Below, piece after piece: positions 12,601 through 25,004 of a stretch of 64,000 bases of DNA. A program made the translations under genes and the position numbers. The notes under the pieces were generated by a model. That model was not told the DNA's origin. It searched no databases and saw nothing but the letters and a program-made list of their open reading frames with translations. Source of the DNA: Malacoraja senta (taxonomy: Eukaryota); NCBI GenBank assembly GCA_038087875.1, contig CM075989.1, positions 15,626,001-15,690,000 on the forward strand. The letters run 5' to 3'. Position 1 is the first letter of the stretch, and each line of letters opens with the position of its first letter.

Positions 12601-15555
12601 TTATTTCCCAAAGAAAATCCCCTGTGCTTGCTTACGTGGCTTTGGTCTGCAGCTTTGCTGTCTGAAGCAGCGTATGATTGCACTTCAGATTGAATTGAAA
12701 TTCACATCACAACAACGAGTGAAGTGGTGAAGATCAATAAGGGAGAGATATGTCAAACTGAATCGCTTGCTAAAATGTAACTGAATAGAAAGTGATAAGG
12801 ACAAAAGTGCTGAATAATGAAAGTAGCATGCTTCATTAGAATGGGGTAAACAATGAGATTAAATATTAGAATTTTGACAAGTCTTGTCCAACCCCATAAT
12901 GGATTATTTTAGTGACCTTGGTTAAGCTCGAATGCTGTATAAAATAGTGTCATGTTATTTTTTCTTGTCATACCTGAAAGAGCAGTTAAAGCCTTGTTCA
13001 TTTGTTTACTACATTTGGCTTTATATTAAATGTTTTTGTGCAATGCAGTATATTGTTTACTGTGTGTGTCAACTAAATTGAATCTAATAAAATTTGCTAA
13101 CTTGAAGGAAATAATTTAAAAATAAAATAAATTCCACGATAAGCAGGATGGATCACGAGGGTTTCTTGTGTTTGTGGGATCTGTGAGGCTGGAGATTCGA
13201 TTCCACTGTCGATATTCCAGAGCTGCACCTGAGCTCAGAGATTTTACCACTTTATTGTAGCCTTAAATGTTTTTGTTATTTTGTTATTTTGCTCTATTAA
13301 ATTCACGCACAATTTAAAGTTATGGATTATTTAAAATGTGTATATAGTGAAATAGTTTATCTTAAGAAAGAGACTACTCGTGCTGATATTTGGCCATTGC
13401 AGCCTCCGCAATATCCTTCACATTCACTGGAAGTTCCAAACCAAAGTCTGCCACCCCCCCCCCCCCCTTGTGTTCAAGAAGGAACTGCAGATGCAGGAAA
13501 AATCGAAGGTAGACAAAAGTGTTGGAGAAACTCAGCGGGTGCAGCTGCATCTAAGGAGCGAAGGAAATAGGCAACCTTTTGGGCCGAAATGTTGCCTGTT
13601 TCCTTCGCTCCGTAGATGCTGCCGCACCCGCTGAGTTTCTCCAGCACTTTCATTTACTGAGGACTTACTCTCAGGGCTGGATGACTGAATCTGTCCGTTT
13701 GCCGTGAAGTTTCCCAGTTTTGTTGGCTTTCTCCAGCATCATTCTGGGGGCTCTCCTCTTCGATCCTGTGTCTGGTGAGATAACTTGAAGGGAGATCAGA
13801 GGAAGTCTGTACCAAACATAAGCAATGGTATTCGACATGCGAGGAATGAATTCCCAATCTTCCAATCTACCTTGTTACCGTCCTAGCATTTTTTTAAATC
13901 TTCACTTTCTCTGTCGTTGAAACACTATATTCTGCATTCTTTTTGTTTCCTCTTTTGCACTACCTGTTGTACTCGTGTACGGTATGATTTGTCTGGCTAG
14001 TGCATAAAACAATGATTTTTACTCTATCTCGGTACATGTGAAAACAATCATGAACCAAAACCAATACAAGATGACCTGATTCTGTAAATATTTTGTGATT
14101 CAGTCACAAGCTTGTTAAAGATATACAATGTTTACTGCTTGTCGCTAATATATTGTTGACTGCGACATAAAATATGTGATGTCATTGTTTTTGATGATTG
14201 CAGAGACTGTGGAGAGAGTGATGAAAACCAGCATTTTAGCATTAAAATTACTGTTTTCCCACACATTGTAGTTAAAGGTAAACTAATTTTGCCTTAAGAT
14301 GAAAGCTGCAGCCAACTAAAAAAACTGGGTCTTGCCCCACCAGCTGCAGTATCCTCCAGTAGTTCTCTGACTTCATACCTGATCTTTAAGGTTGAGACTC
14401 AGCAGTGATTACCCGAGAACCATTACAATGGGGCTACCGGACCCACCTCTCCATTTTCAGTTTTCAGTAGCTTGCTGAATTTAAGCATTCATCACAAAGT
14501 ATACCTCCTTGGAGCACTAAGCTAGTTTCAGTGACTTAGTTCTGTCATAGTTGATGAAAATTTAAAAAAAAACAGCTGAGGATGCCGGAAATGTGAAATA
14601 AAAACAGAAAGTACTGGAAACGCACCACAGGTCTGGCAGCATCTGCGGGAAGAGAAACAGCTAACATTTCTGATATGGGATTCTGGACCCGAAACCGTCA
14701 CTGTTTCTTCTTCCACAGGTACCGCCTGACCAGCTGTGTGTTTCCACCGCTTTCTGTTTTTATTCCCACCCCAGCTGTGCTTGGTGTAGATAAAGATATG
14801 CCATATCTGCGTAGAGCAGATATGGCATATGACAGTGGCGCTGTGTAGAAACTAGTAGAGCTTCTGCCTTGCACTCCAGTGAGCCCACTTCAATCCTTCA
14901 GGCTTGGCATGTTTTCCCTGTGACTTCGACTAACACATCCCAAAGATATATGCACGTTAGTTGGCTCAGTGGCCACAGTTACATTACCCCTAGTGTTTGC
15001 TTTGAGGCCTGATGGGAATGTGTAAGAATAGGTTACAGGAATTATTAGTGGGGACATGATAGCTAGCATAGACTTGATGGGCCAAATAGTCTCCTTCTGC
15101 TCCATGAAAATATCAGGAGCTTTGTCGGTCTCTATGTATTTCGATATTGGCAAAGTTACCAGTTTTTGATATTGGGATACAAACGAGTATAAACCATCCA
15201 TTGAAATAGTGACTTTAAATTCCAAATTTGAATAGGCCATGAGCAGGAAAGGCTTGAAGGACTGGGTGGCTTCTTCCCCCTCTTGTTCCTTGTGTTCCCC
15301 TATTTCTTACCAAGTAGGCTGCAGTGGGAATGATGTGTGAGTTTAGTATAATTGATATTTGAAATACTTGGGTTAGTCTGGGGTACTGGATGTCACAGAT
15401 AATGTTCTTTGCTATAAAGCTGAAAGTTCTAGGTTTACCATATGTTCTTAGCACTTGGAGATTTAGTTTAGAGATATACAGTGGAAACCGGCCCTTCGAC
15501 CCACCAAGTCCATGCCGACCACCCATACACTGGGGACAATTTACAGAAGCCAATT

Positions 15556-17819
15556 CAGGGCTCTCGCTTAACTTTTTTTCTCTGTTGCCAGCCGGGCAAC
15601 CTTGGCAGTTTTTTAGGTTGCCAAATGACAGTTTAGGTGGTCATTTAAGATGGCTTGCATGACGCGTGCGATAATGTGCTTGGACGAAGTGCGTAGTTTC
15701 CAGTCGGAATTATACTCAATGAAGCAGTCACATATTATTTCTGCTTTAAATAAAGTCACAAACTAAACATATTCACCAATCAAGACATGATATATCCCAC
15801 AATGACATGCAGCAAAATTATAAGACAGTATCTCAACTCTTTTTACACATTGCAATTAATGCAATTTCTATTAGTTCTTTCCACTTCCAAACAAAAATGT
15901 GGTTGGATTATTCCAGCGTATGATCAACCTGTGTCAATAAATCCTGTATCATGGTAACATATATGCGTACGTATAGTTATGAATGTTGCTCATTAAATAA
16001 CTACAGTACTGATACTCCATATTAAGAGCATTGATTTGCCGTTAAAATGAATTCTGTAATAACGTGTCAATGGTAGCAGTGATAATCGAACACTGCGGTT
16101 TTAATGTTTCACGTGTTCACAATTTAATTAATCCATCTTTATGGATTAAAACAAATAATAACATTGGGAATTTAAACACATTTGATTGCATTCCGTTATC
16201 AAGCATAGTCAATGTTCGCTCTGAAGACATTTCCAGCACAATAGGGTCAGGGAGGTGGGTGTGTGTGAATCAGTGCGGGGTGGATAGATGGCGGGGGTGG
16301 GGGGGGGGGGGTTAGAAGGCAGTCGGTGCAAAATGGATGGATTGAGGCAGGTGAATTAGTACGTGTTGGTTGGAGTAGGTAAAATTGTGAGGGGAAGCAC
16401 AGGGGATGTCAGTGGTGTTGAATGGGGGGGGTTCAGTATGGGATGGATGGGGGTAGACAAAAGTGCTGGAGAAACTCAGCCGGTGAGGCAGCATCTATGG
16501 AGCGAAGGAAATAGGCAACGTTTCGGGTCGAGACCCTTATTCAGACTGTTCCCCCCATTCTTCTTGAATGGGAGGATCAGTACAGGATGGATGGGGGGGG
16601 GAAGATCAGCGCAGGATGATTGGGGGGGGGTCAGTACAGTGTGGATCGGAGGGTCTGTGCAGGATGAATGGGGATCACTACAGGATGAATGAGGGGTAAA
16701 ATGGAGGGTAGGTCAGTACGGGATGAATGCGTGGATTAGTACAGGATGGATGGGGGATCAGTACAGGATGGATGGAGGAGAAGTGCAGGATGGATGGGAA
16801 AGGGGTAAGTACAGGGTGAATTGGGGAACCAGTGTAGAATGGATGGGGGGGGGGGGTGGCAGGAGAATCAATGCAAGGTGGATAGGGTGATCAGCGCAGG
16901 ATGAATGGATGGATGGGGGGTAGATGGGGAGGGGAGCACTGGGGATGTCAGTGAGGACTGAATAGACGCGGGAATGGGGATCAGTGCGGGATGGAGTGGA
17001 GGGGTCCCAGGATAAGGGGGGTGCGTACAAGAGAGAGAGGGGGGGGGCGAGGTGGGGAGGAAGGAAGGTCAGCGCTCCTCAGACAACATCGCCCCGCTGC
17101 TTTGGCCGTTGGGAACTCCTCGCCACCGCCTCCCTCCTCCGCCAGCCAACAGCAAGGTGCGGGGCTGGGCGGTGCAGCTCAGAGATCCTATAGCTATAAG
17201 ATCTTTGGTGCAGCTGCTTCAGACGAGTCGGAGCAATTGACGGGCTTCGCACAGCGGCAGCAGCGGCCGTGACAGCGGCTCCATCTCCTCCTCCTCCCGC
17301 CCCCCGCCCGCCCTGATAAGGGCCTCTGCTTGCAAACCCGTTAACGGCGATAACCGCTTTCAAAACAAACCCTCCCTCCCGCACGCCGAGGCCTCCCCCT
17401 CCCTCCCTCCCTCCCTCGGCGTGCGGGAGGGAGGGTTTGTTTCGAAAGCGGTTATCGCCGTTAGCGGGTTTGCAAGCAGAGGCCCTTATCAGGGCGGGCG
17501 GGGGCGGGAGGAGGTGAAGCTGGAGCTGCTATCGCAGCCGCTGCTGCCGCTGTTCAGGGCCCGTCATTCGCTCCGACCCTTCCTCACCCCGCACCTAGTA
17601 TCTTTGCCCCGCACAGCCGTCACCGCCGATACAAAACGTCACGTTCCTTTTCTCCAGAGATGCTGCCTGACCCGCGGAGTTACTCCAGTTTTTTGTGCCT
17701 ATCTTCGGTACAAACCAGTATCTGGTTGCCAAGCCGGGTAAAATGACTCGGTGTTTAGGTTGCCCGGCGGCGCTTTGAGTAGTCAATGGCACCCGGGCAA
17801 CTGCTAATTTCGAGCCCTG
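15556..17819. mobile_element. Non-autonomous hAT-like DNA transposon (2264 bp) inserted in an HE1-like SINE
   Basis: Termini CAGGGCTC...GAGCCCTG; CAATT on both sides (15551-15555, 17820-17824); repeated subterminal GGCAAC/GTTGCC motifs. Removing it rejoins the SINE (…GAAGCCAATT|AACCTACAAACC…). Confidence 0.85.
16570..17000. repeat. G-rich degenerate minisatellite inside the hAT-like element
   Basis: Repeated GGGGATCAGTACAGGATG(A/G)ATG-type units. Confidence 0.75.
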
Positions 17820-18376
17820 CAATTAACCTACAAACCTGCACGTCTTTGGAATGTGGGAGGAAACCGGAGCACCCGGAGAAAACCCACGTGGTCACTGAGA
17901 AAACGTACAAACTCCATATAGACAGCACCCATAGTCTGGATCAAACCCGGGTTTCTGGCATTGTAAAGTAGCAACTTGATCGCTGTGCCCATGTGAGACT
18001 GTGTTGTAGCAACCAACCAATCAGTATATCGTTTTCACTTTTTGACCACTATGATTAGCAATGTGATATATTGGCTGCCATTGCAATTGATTATTTGTAA
18101 ATAATCACTAAAATAGTGACAAATTTAAAAAACATAAAAGATCAATAATATTAATATTTAATTTACATCAAATAACATGAATAAGATATTTGCTTCTGAT
18201 GAAATTTAAAAAAAAAACGTTATCATGAAGACAATTCTTGAGCAATTAAATAGTGAAATGGATTGTGGTATTTTTGAGCAGTTATAACATTATACCCTTT
18301 GCTCTACAGATTGGAATGAATTCTGAAGATGTTTCGGTGGGAGCTGTCCCTGACTATTTTTCTCTTTCTTTGACAG

Positions 18377-18460
18377 ATTGAGCAGATGCGAAATGAGCTG
18401 TTCCAGGAAAGAGCTGCAAGACAAGATCTGGAGTGTGACAAGATTTCACTAGAGAGACAG
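18377..18460 (+). CDS. cgnl1: CGNL1 coding exon ([28 protein letters not shown])
   Basis: Polypyrimidine tract + CAG acceptor, GT donor, 84 bp, in frame with the previous exon across an 18.2 kb intron. [19 protein letters not shown] matches recalled CGNL1. Confidence 0.95.
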
Positions 18461-18859
18461 GTACCTTATAGGAAGTAGATCAGACTTCATGTAGTGCAGT
18501 ACTGATGTCCAGTAATGCAGCCATGAATTAGTAAAACCACAAACACAAATAGTAATGCACACCACGTTTCCAACAAAAATTGGCGTCAAAAGTTCTGAGG
18601 TATGAGGAAAGGCCCCGGCCCGAAACGTCACCTATTCCTTTCTCCAGGGATGCTCCCTGACCCACTGAATAGCTCCAGCATTTTGTGTCTGTTTTTAAAG
18701 CTGCTGACTCTTTCAGATTGTTACATCAATGTACTTTGTCCTGAATACCATGGGTCATTGGGCCGAGTTAAAGATTCGACATCTATGGAAGCTGTTGAGG
18801 AGTTGCTCCAATTGCAATGGGTCTTTCTGTTCATGGACAGCTTTGTCATGAGATTGAGG

Positions 18860-19495
18860 TCATAAGGAATAGGAGTAAAATAAGGCCATTTGGCCCATCA
18901 AGTCTGCTTCGCCATTCAATCATGGCTGATCTATCTCTTCCTTCTAACCCCATTCTCCTGCCTAAACACCTGTGTTGACCTCTGACCTGTACTAATCCAG
19001 AATCTATCTCTCCCTTAAAAATATCCACTGACTTGGCCTCACAGCCTTCTGTGACAAAGAATTCCACAGATTCACCAACCTCTGACTAAAGAGATTTCAC
19101 CTAAAAGAACGTCCTTTAATTCTGGGGGCTATGACCTCTAGTTCTAGACTCTCCCACTAATGGAAACATCCTCTCCACATCCACTCTTTCCACGCCTTTC
19201 TCTATTCTGTATGTTTCAATTAGGTCCCCCTCATTCTTCTAAACTCCAGCGGAATACAGGCCCAGTGCCGACAAACGCTCATCATAGGTTAACCTACTCA
19301 TTCCTGGGATCATTCTTGTAAACCTCCTTTGGACCCTCTCCAGAGCCAGCACATCTTTCCGCAGATTTGGTGTCCAAAATTGCTCACAATATTCCAAATG
19401 CGGCCTTACCAGTGCCTGATAAAGCTTCAACATTACATCCCTGTTTTTCTATACAAGCCCTCTTGAAATAAATGCTGGCATTGAGTTTGCTTTCT
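18860..19495 (-). mobile_element. CR1 LINE 3' fragment
   Basis: - strand encodes MLKLYQALVRPHLEYCEQFW...ALERVQRRFTRMIPG, followed by the CR1 3' UTR (GATCAGCCATGATTGAATGGCG). Confidence 0.88.
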
Positions 19496-20138
19496 TTTGC
19501 TTGTTTTGTTTATTTAATTATAAAGAAGGCACATCAATCTTTGTGGCTATCTTATAGATAGTGATAAACTTGACCAAATTGTTGACTTTGATATGTCAAT
19601 CTGTGCAGAACCTACTGTATACTGGTGCTATGCATATTCCACCTGCCTGTTAATATCATGTTCTGGTAACAACCACAAGGATAGAATATCACATGTTGGG
19701 ATTGCTAATTGTTTTATTTGTCAACTGAAAGAAATGAACGGTTACAATGTTTGGTATTATTGGACAAAGATACCTCAATATCTTACAAAAAACGTGTTGG
19801 GGTGCATGCTGTTAAAATAGCTTCCAAAGAATATCCAAATTTGTTCAAATTTTGTTTAACATTGCAGCAGGCCAGTTATGCTAATTAGTGTTACTGATTT
19901 TAAAAAAAGAGACAAGATAGGCAACTCAAACTTGAAATGTGTAATTCAACAAGTGATCTGATATATTTAATTTTCATGCAGTAAATTAAGTTGAAGTGGT
20001 TAACATTAAAATGCAGTTCTTTCCAAACTTGAAACACAAGTTACAAGTTAGTAATTACTAGATGAGCGAAGACAATGTATTCAGTTCCAGAAGTGAGTGT
20101 TTGCCAACAATTTTGATTAAAATAACATTTAATCACAG

Positions 20139-20263
20139 CACAAAGATCTAAGGAGCAGAATTGCACATCTGGAAGGTTCTCAGAAACAGAATAAGGAAGG
20201 GATTGTTACTCAGCTCGAAGCACGGATTCAGGAGCTGGGAGAACGTCTGGAAGATGAAGAAAG
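20139..20263 (+). CDS. cgnl1: CGNL1 coding exon (HKDLRSRIAHLEGSQKQNKEGIVTQLEARIQELGERLEDEER)
   Basis: CAG acceptor, AG|GTAGG donor, 125 bp, phase 0/2. Continues the CGNL1 peptide. Confidence 0.93.
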
Positions 20264-21589
20264 GTAGGAGGTGACTTTCCGTAAAAACAGAATCAATTTG
20301 ACTTTATCATCCACCTTGCAAATAAGCATGTTGCTTTAATAAAATAAGGTGTTTCGTAAACTGATCTTGAGGATCGGATTATTTAATTTAATTAGGTTGA
20401 GAAATAGATAGATCAGCATTGGCTCTAGCAACAAATTTGCAGCATAGATGTTGAGCATGAAAATATAATGAATATATCTTGAATATTAACTGACTGAATA
20501 TTAATAGTAAGTGATATGACAATTTAACACTAAATTCTCTCTCCACAGAGGATATCTGATCTTTTTAATTCCAGCACGCTCTTTTATTTTAGATTCCCAG
20601 CAACTGCTGGGTTTTATATTCCAACATTTCTCTTCCCCACTCGACTGCCTCCAGTCTTCTTCCCCATTTATCTTCCTGCAGATAGATCATCTGGGAGTGA
20701 GCATGCATCCCCCCTCTAATCAGGCACCAAAAAGCAATTGTGTCACCTGCTCTCAACCATTGTTGTCTCTTTCCTGCCCCTCCAGTTCCAAGGGGCAGAA
20801 AAGAGACAATTATGGTGAAGAGTAGGTGACATAATTGCTTTTGGTGCCTTCCAAGTTCTGATGAAGGGTCATGGAGATGATCCATTAATTCTCTCTCTCC
20901 CTCCCTCTCGGCACGGAATTTGTACATCGCTTGGTGCCATCATAATTTTCAGTTTCCTCACGGATTTCTAGCATCTGCAGTCTTTTTTGTCTATTTTTTC
21001 TTTTTGATTACTTCCTGGCAATAAAAAAGGGGTAAAATTCCACCACTTAATTGTGAAATCTGAACTGTCTCTCCTGCATTAAGAAATTATGGAACAAAGA
21101 GTAGAACAGTAAGAAAACTTTAATTTGGGAGCTGACTTTACTGAATTGTTTGAAATAATGTAAACTTTGCGATGTGGATTTTGTGTTACCCGTGTTAAGA
21201 AACATAAGCTACGGTGACGGGAGGTTTGTGTTGGATTGCACTGATAAGGTCCTGCAGCCGCACCCACACAGCTCCGCACCTGTGCTGAGTTTGTGCAGTG
21301 CTGTTACACCCCCCACCCCCGACAAACTGCTGGGGTTGTCACGGCAACCCTTACCTAAGCCACATGTGGAAATGGCTGGAAAAAGTTGAATAATTTTTGG
21401 AAGTTATTGAAAGAAATGTAATACAATGAATGATTTAAAAACATTCAAAACTGCAGTTAGTTTAAACATGAATATGCATCACTTTTAGAAAAAAAATAAT
21501 CTTAGGTTACCTTTAAATGATAAAATGACCCTGGACATCGCCTATCCATGTTCTTCAGGAATGCTGTCTAACTCACCATGTCCCTGTTA

Positions 21590-21909
21590 AGGGCCTGTCC
21601 CACTTTCCCGAGTTACTCACGAATTCTCCCGAGTTTTCCACTTGATTCAAACTCGGAGAATTACGGTTAAAGCCAGCCGTAGGTACTCGGGGCTATTTTT
21701 TTTTACTCGTGTACATTTTTCAACATGCTGAAAAAACGTCCCGACTTACCTGATGCCCTTATTACCTACGGATGGCATAACGAGCCGCTACGATATATCT
21801 ACGGCCTCCTACGGACTCCTACGGACTCGCTACGGACATTCTCCGAGTTTGAATCAAGGGGAAAGCTCGGGAGAATTCGTGAGTAACTCGGGAAAGTGGG
21901 ACAGGGGCT
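21590..21909. mobile_element. PIF/Harbinger-like MITE
   Basis: About 70 bp TIRs AGGGCCTGTCCCACTTTCCCGAGTTACTCACGAATTCTCCCGAG.../...CTCGGGAGAATTCGTGAGTAACTCGGGAAAGTGGGACAGGGGCT, with TTA/TAA flanks. Confidence 0.75.
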
Positions 21910-22477
21910 TAACTCACTGAGTTACGCAAACACTTTGTGTAAAGGACACCATCTGCAGTTCCTCGTTTCTATCTCTAAATGATGTTTGGTGAATGCCTTG
22001 GAACAAATGGGACACAGGAGATGCAACACTTGTGGCTGGTGGTAGTGGAGGGTCCAGATGTGAAGTGCATCCAAGCTCAGTGACTCCTGTGGTGAGTCCA
22101 TGGACAGAGGTGGGGGTCAAAACACATTGCCTCATGCACAGCAGCTGGCCAGCGGTTTCTGCAGACCCGGCAGCAAACCAGCTCCTGTGCAGAGCAGTAA
22201 TCCAGTAATCCATCTCCTTTGCAGAGCTCCATGGTGTAGAGTTTCCTTAAAATGAAAGACTCCAGTGTACAACCAAACTTCACACTTTGCTCTCACAATA
22301 GATTGTTGTGGCCTAATTCAGCTCATGAAAGAAGGGGTTAACTTGATACTGTCAATCCAAAGATGATATTTATTAAATTGAGTTTGGAAAATACTTTAGT
22401 TAGGAATTTCACCCAGTTGGTCCGATTTGAACCCAAGTTTCAGGTGAATATAGTGCTTGCCCCATGGCACTGTCAAG

Positions 22478-22973
22478 TAGGGTTGCCAACTTTCTCACTC
22501 GCAAATAAAGGACAAAATGTCAAAATAAGGAACAAGTTCCCGACGGCAATTCGTTGACCGACTCGGCCGTGGCTGGGTGAATGATGAGTTGGCCCGGGTG
22601 CTGGACTGCACACAAAGCCCAGCCGATGGGCCAGCTGAGGAGTTTTGGCCCGGGTCGCGTGCAAAGTCCGGCACCCCATCCAACTCATGAACCGATGATC
22701 AGCCATGAGAAGGAGGGATGGTGGTGTCGGCGGTAAGCTAAGGTTCGAAGGTCGGGCAGCTGGCCAGGCCTCCGACCGACGGGGCCATGGGCGAGGCGCT
22801 GCTGCTGCACTCCATGGGCTGCACTACGTCGGGACGGGTGAGGCGGGGCCTGACGCGGCGCTCCGATCCGACAGTCCCCTTGACCTGAGTAATAGCAGTC
22901 AAATACCGGACAAGGGTGGTTCCATATGGGACAAACCAATTTAGCCCAATATACGGGACAGTTGTCAACCCTA
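22478..22973. mobile_element. Non-autonomous hAT element (496 bp, CpG-rich)
   Basis: TIR TAGGGTTGCCAAC...GTTGTCAACCCTA; 8-bp TSD CTGTCAAG/CTGCCAAG (7/8 match); subterminal GGGACA motifs. Confidence 0.85.
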
Positions 22974-24241
22974 CTGCCAAGTGTCCTGGCTCCTTCGATG
23001 TATTGTCATGCCCATGTATGTTGCCTGCACTCTCCCTAACACTGCCTATCCTTTTGGGTTTGTTTTGTTCCATCAATACTGTATTGTTGTAGAACAGCCA
23101 ATGTCTCTTCGAATGACAGAGCAAGTTTACTGGGTGGAAAACCCTGGGCTTTGATTTTTTGTTAATAGGGATTCATTGAGTGACACAACATGGAAACAGG
23201 CCTTTAACCGACTTGTCCACGCTGGCAAAGATGCCCCATCTAAGCTAGTCCTATGTGGCTGTGTTTGGCCCATGTCCCCTCTAAACCATTCCCATCCATT
23301 TTGTATGCGTTTAAACAAAAAGCAGAGTTTTGTTCCTTGTAAATGTGCTTTAATAGTTATTTTTCTAATGAGCGAAAAGCTGAATCAACACAGTCATAGC
23401 ACGTGCAAGTAGGTCCACAATAACCAAGGAGATTTAGCAAACTCGGAAGTGCTTGCTCCCAATGGGGAAGCTAATGCTGAGCCGATGAATAGATTTGACC
23501 GTGAATGTAATGACAACACTGCAAAGGGAAATGAAGTAACATACAGCTAAAAGTGGCACATAGAGATTGGATCTGGACTAAAATATAATCACCAGCTGCA
23601 CACATAAAGAAACCAATTTGTGCAGATGGATTTGTTCTGATTAAATAAGGTCCAGTTTAATGGATGGCATTCATACCTGCAGCAAATTGCTTAATTCAGA
23701 AAAAATGCAATAAAACCAGGAATAACAATATATCTGTGTCAGCAAAAGTACATTGCTGTAGCTATATTTAAATCCTTAGGAAACTTGTACAGTGAGCTGA
23801 GATTAAACTGTTACAACTTCAGCATTTGCTTGCATTGCTTCTGCAATGATTTATTTTACCATTAATACACAGCTTTGGCTAACTACAGATATTAATTCCT
23901 ATGTGGTGTTGGCTGATGTAATTCCATTGAATAAGCAAGAGGATCAAAATGCTCCTATTATTCTCCTATTACCACTATTACCTCCCTCTCCGACTAAGTT
24001 TTAAGTTACCTGATTTTAGAGCTCGCTGCACAGTTCAGCCAAATTTTCACTGACAGCATTCAAGAATTGAGTTAGAACATAAAGGTGCTTTTTAAATACT
24101 GCCAGGCATTGCCGATATTGCGAATCAATGTACAAATTGCAACAGAACACGATTGAAAGGTTAAAAATCTAATATGTAATGATGACTCTGAAATCTTCCT
24201 GTTATGGGCACTTAGAATGTCTTTTGTCAAATCTTTTTCAG

Positions 24242-24350
24242 AGAGAGATCGAGTCTGCAACTGAACAATCGCAAACTTGAAAGAAAGGCCAAGGAGTTAA
24301 TGCTGCAAATAGATGATGAACGCCTCCATCTGACGGACCAAAAGGATCAG
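24242..24350 (+). CDS. cgnl1: CGNL1 coding exon ([36 protein letters not shown])
   Basis: TTTTTCAG acceptor, CAG|GTACG donor, 109 bp, phase 2/0, compatible with both neighbours. LTDQKDQ motif of the cingulin family. Confidence 0.94.
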
Positions 24351-24842
24351 GTACGAGGCATAAAATAGAGAGACAGTGTTTTATGGCATCAGTTAGGGTC
24401 CCTGGAGGGTGGGAGGCCTAACTCTTTCAGTTACCACGGTAACTCCACGATTCTATGCAGGCCTAGTTTGAAGCAACTCGTGTGGAATCACTATGAAAGC
24501 TGATAACTAACTATAGCCGACTGTAAATAGGGAATGTTTAAAAATACATACACCTGCATTTAGCCAAAAGAAACTGCAATTGAAGGAAATCGGAAATTAA
24601 AACAAAAAATGCTGGAAATTTGGTACTGATGGCTCTCATTGACCTGGAATGCTGCCCAACCAGCCAAGTATTGGTGATATTTTTAAATAAAATCATTTGA
24701 TGAATGGGTAGGCGTGAAGCTGGATGAGCCTTATTTAAACTAATCTTAGCCACATATTAATGAAACACAATTCAATCACATTTAAATGTTTCTCTCTGGC
24801 GTAAGAAATGTGCTGTTTGTCATTAACCTTGCAACTTTCTAG

Positions 24843-25004
24843 TTGAATCTACGATTAAAAGCATTAAAAAGACAAGTGGATGAAGCAGAAGAAGAAATAG
24901 ACCGCCTGGAAAATGGAAAAAAAGATACAGAGAGAGTTGGAAGAACAAGCAGAAGCCAATGAAGAACTCCAAGGACAAATGAATTCATTAAAGAAAGATT
25001 TCAG
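24843..25004 (+). CDS. cgnl1: CGNL1 penultimate coding exon (LNLRLKALKRQVDEAEEEIDRLENG / KIQRELEEQAEANEELQGQMNSLKKDFR), apparent frameshift at A7 run 24917-24923
   Basis: TAG acceptor, AG|GTAGG donor. Both halves match CGNL1 but lie in different frames. The exon is 162 bp as assembled; 164 bp would restore frame and the KKK motif. Confidence 0.9.

Larger units (their letters stand above)
15460..17990 (-). mobile_element. HE1/V-SINE-like tRNA-derived SINE split in two (about 15460-15555 and 17820-17990)
   Basis: Both pieces are collinear with the intact copies at 3621-3911 and 31186-31486. Confidence 0.8.
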
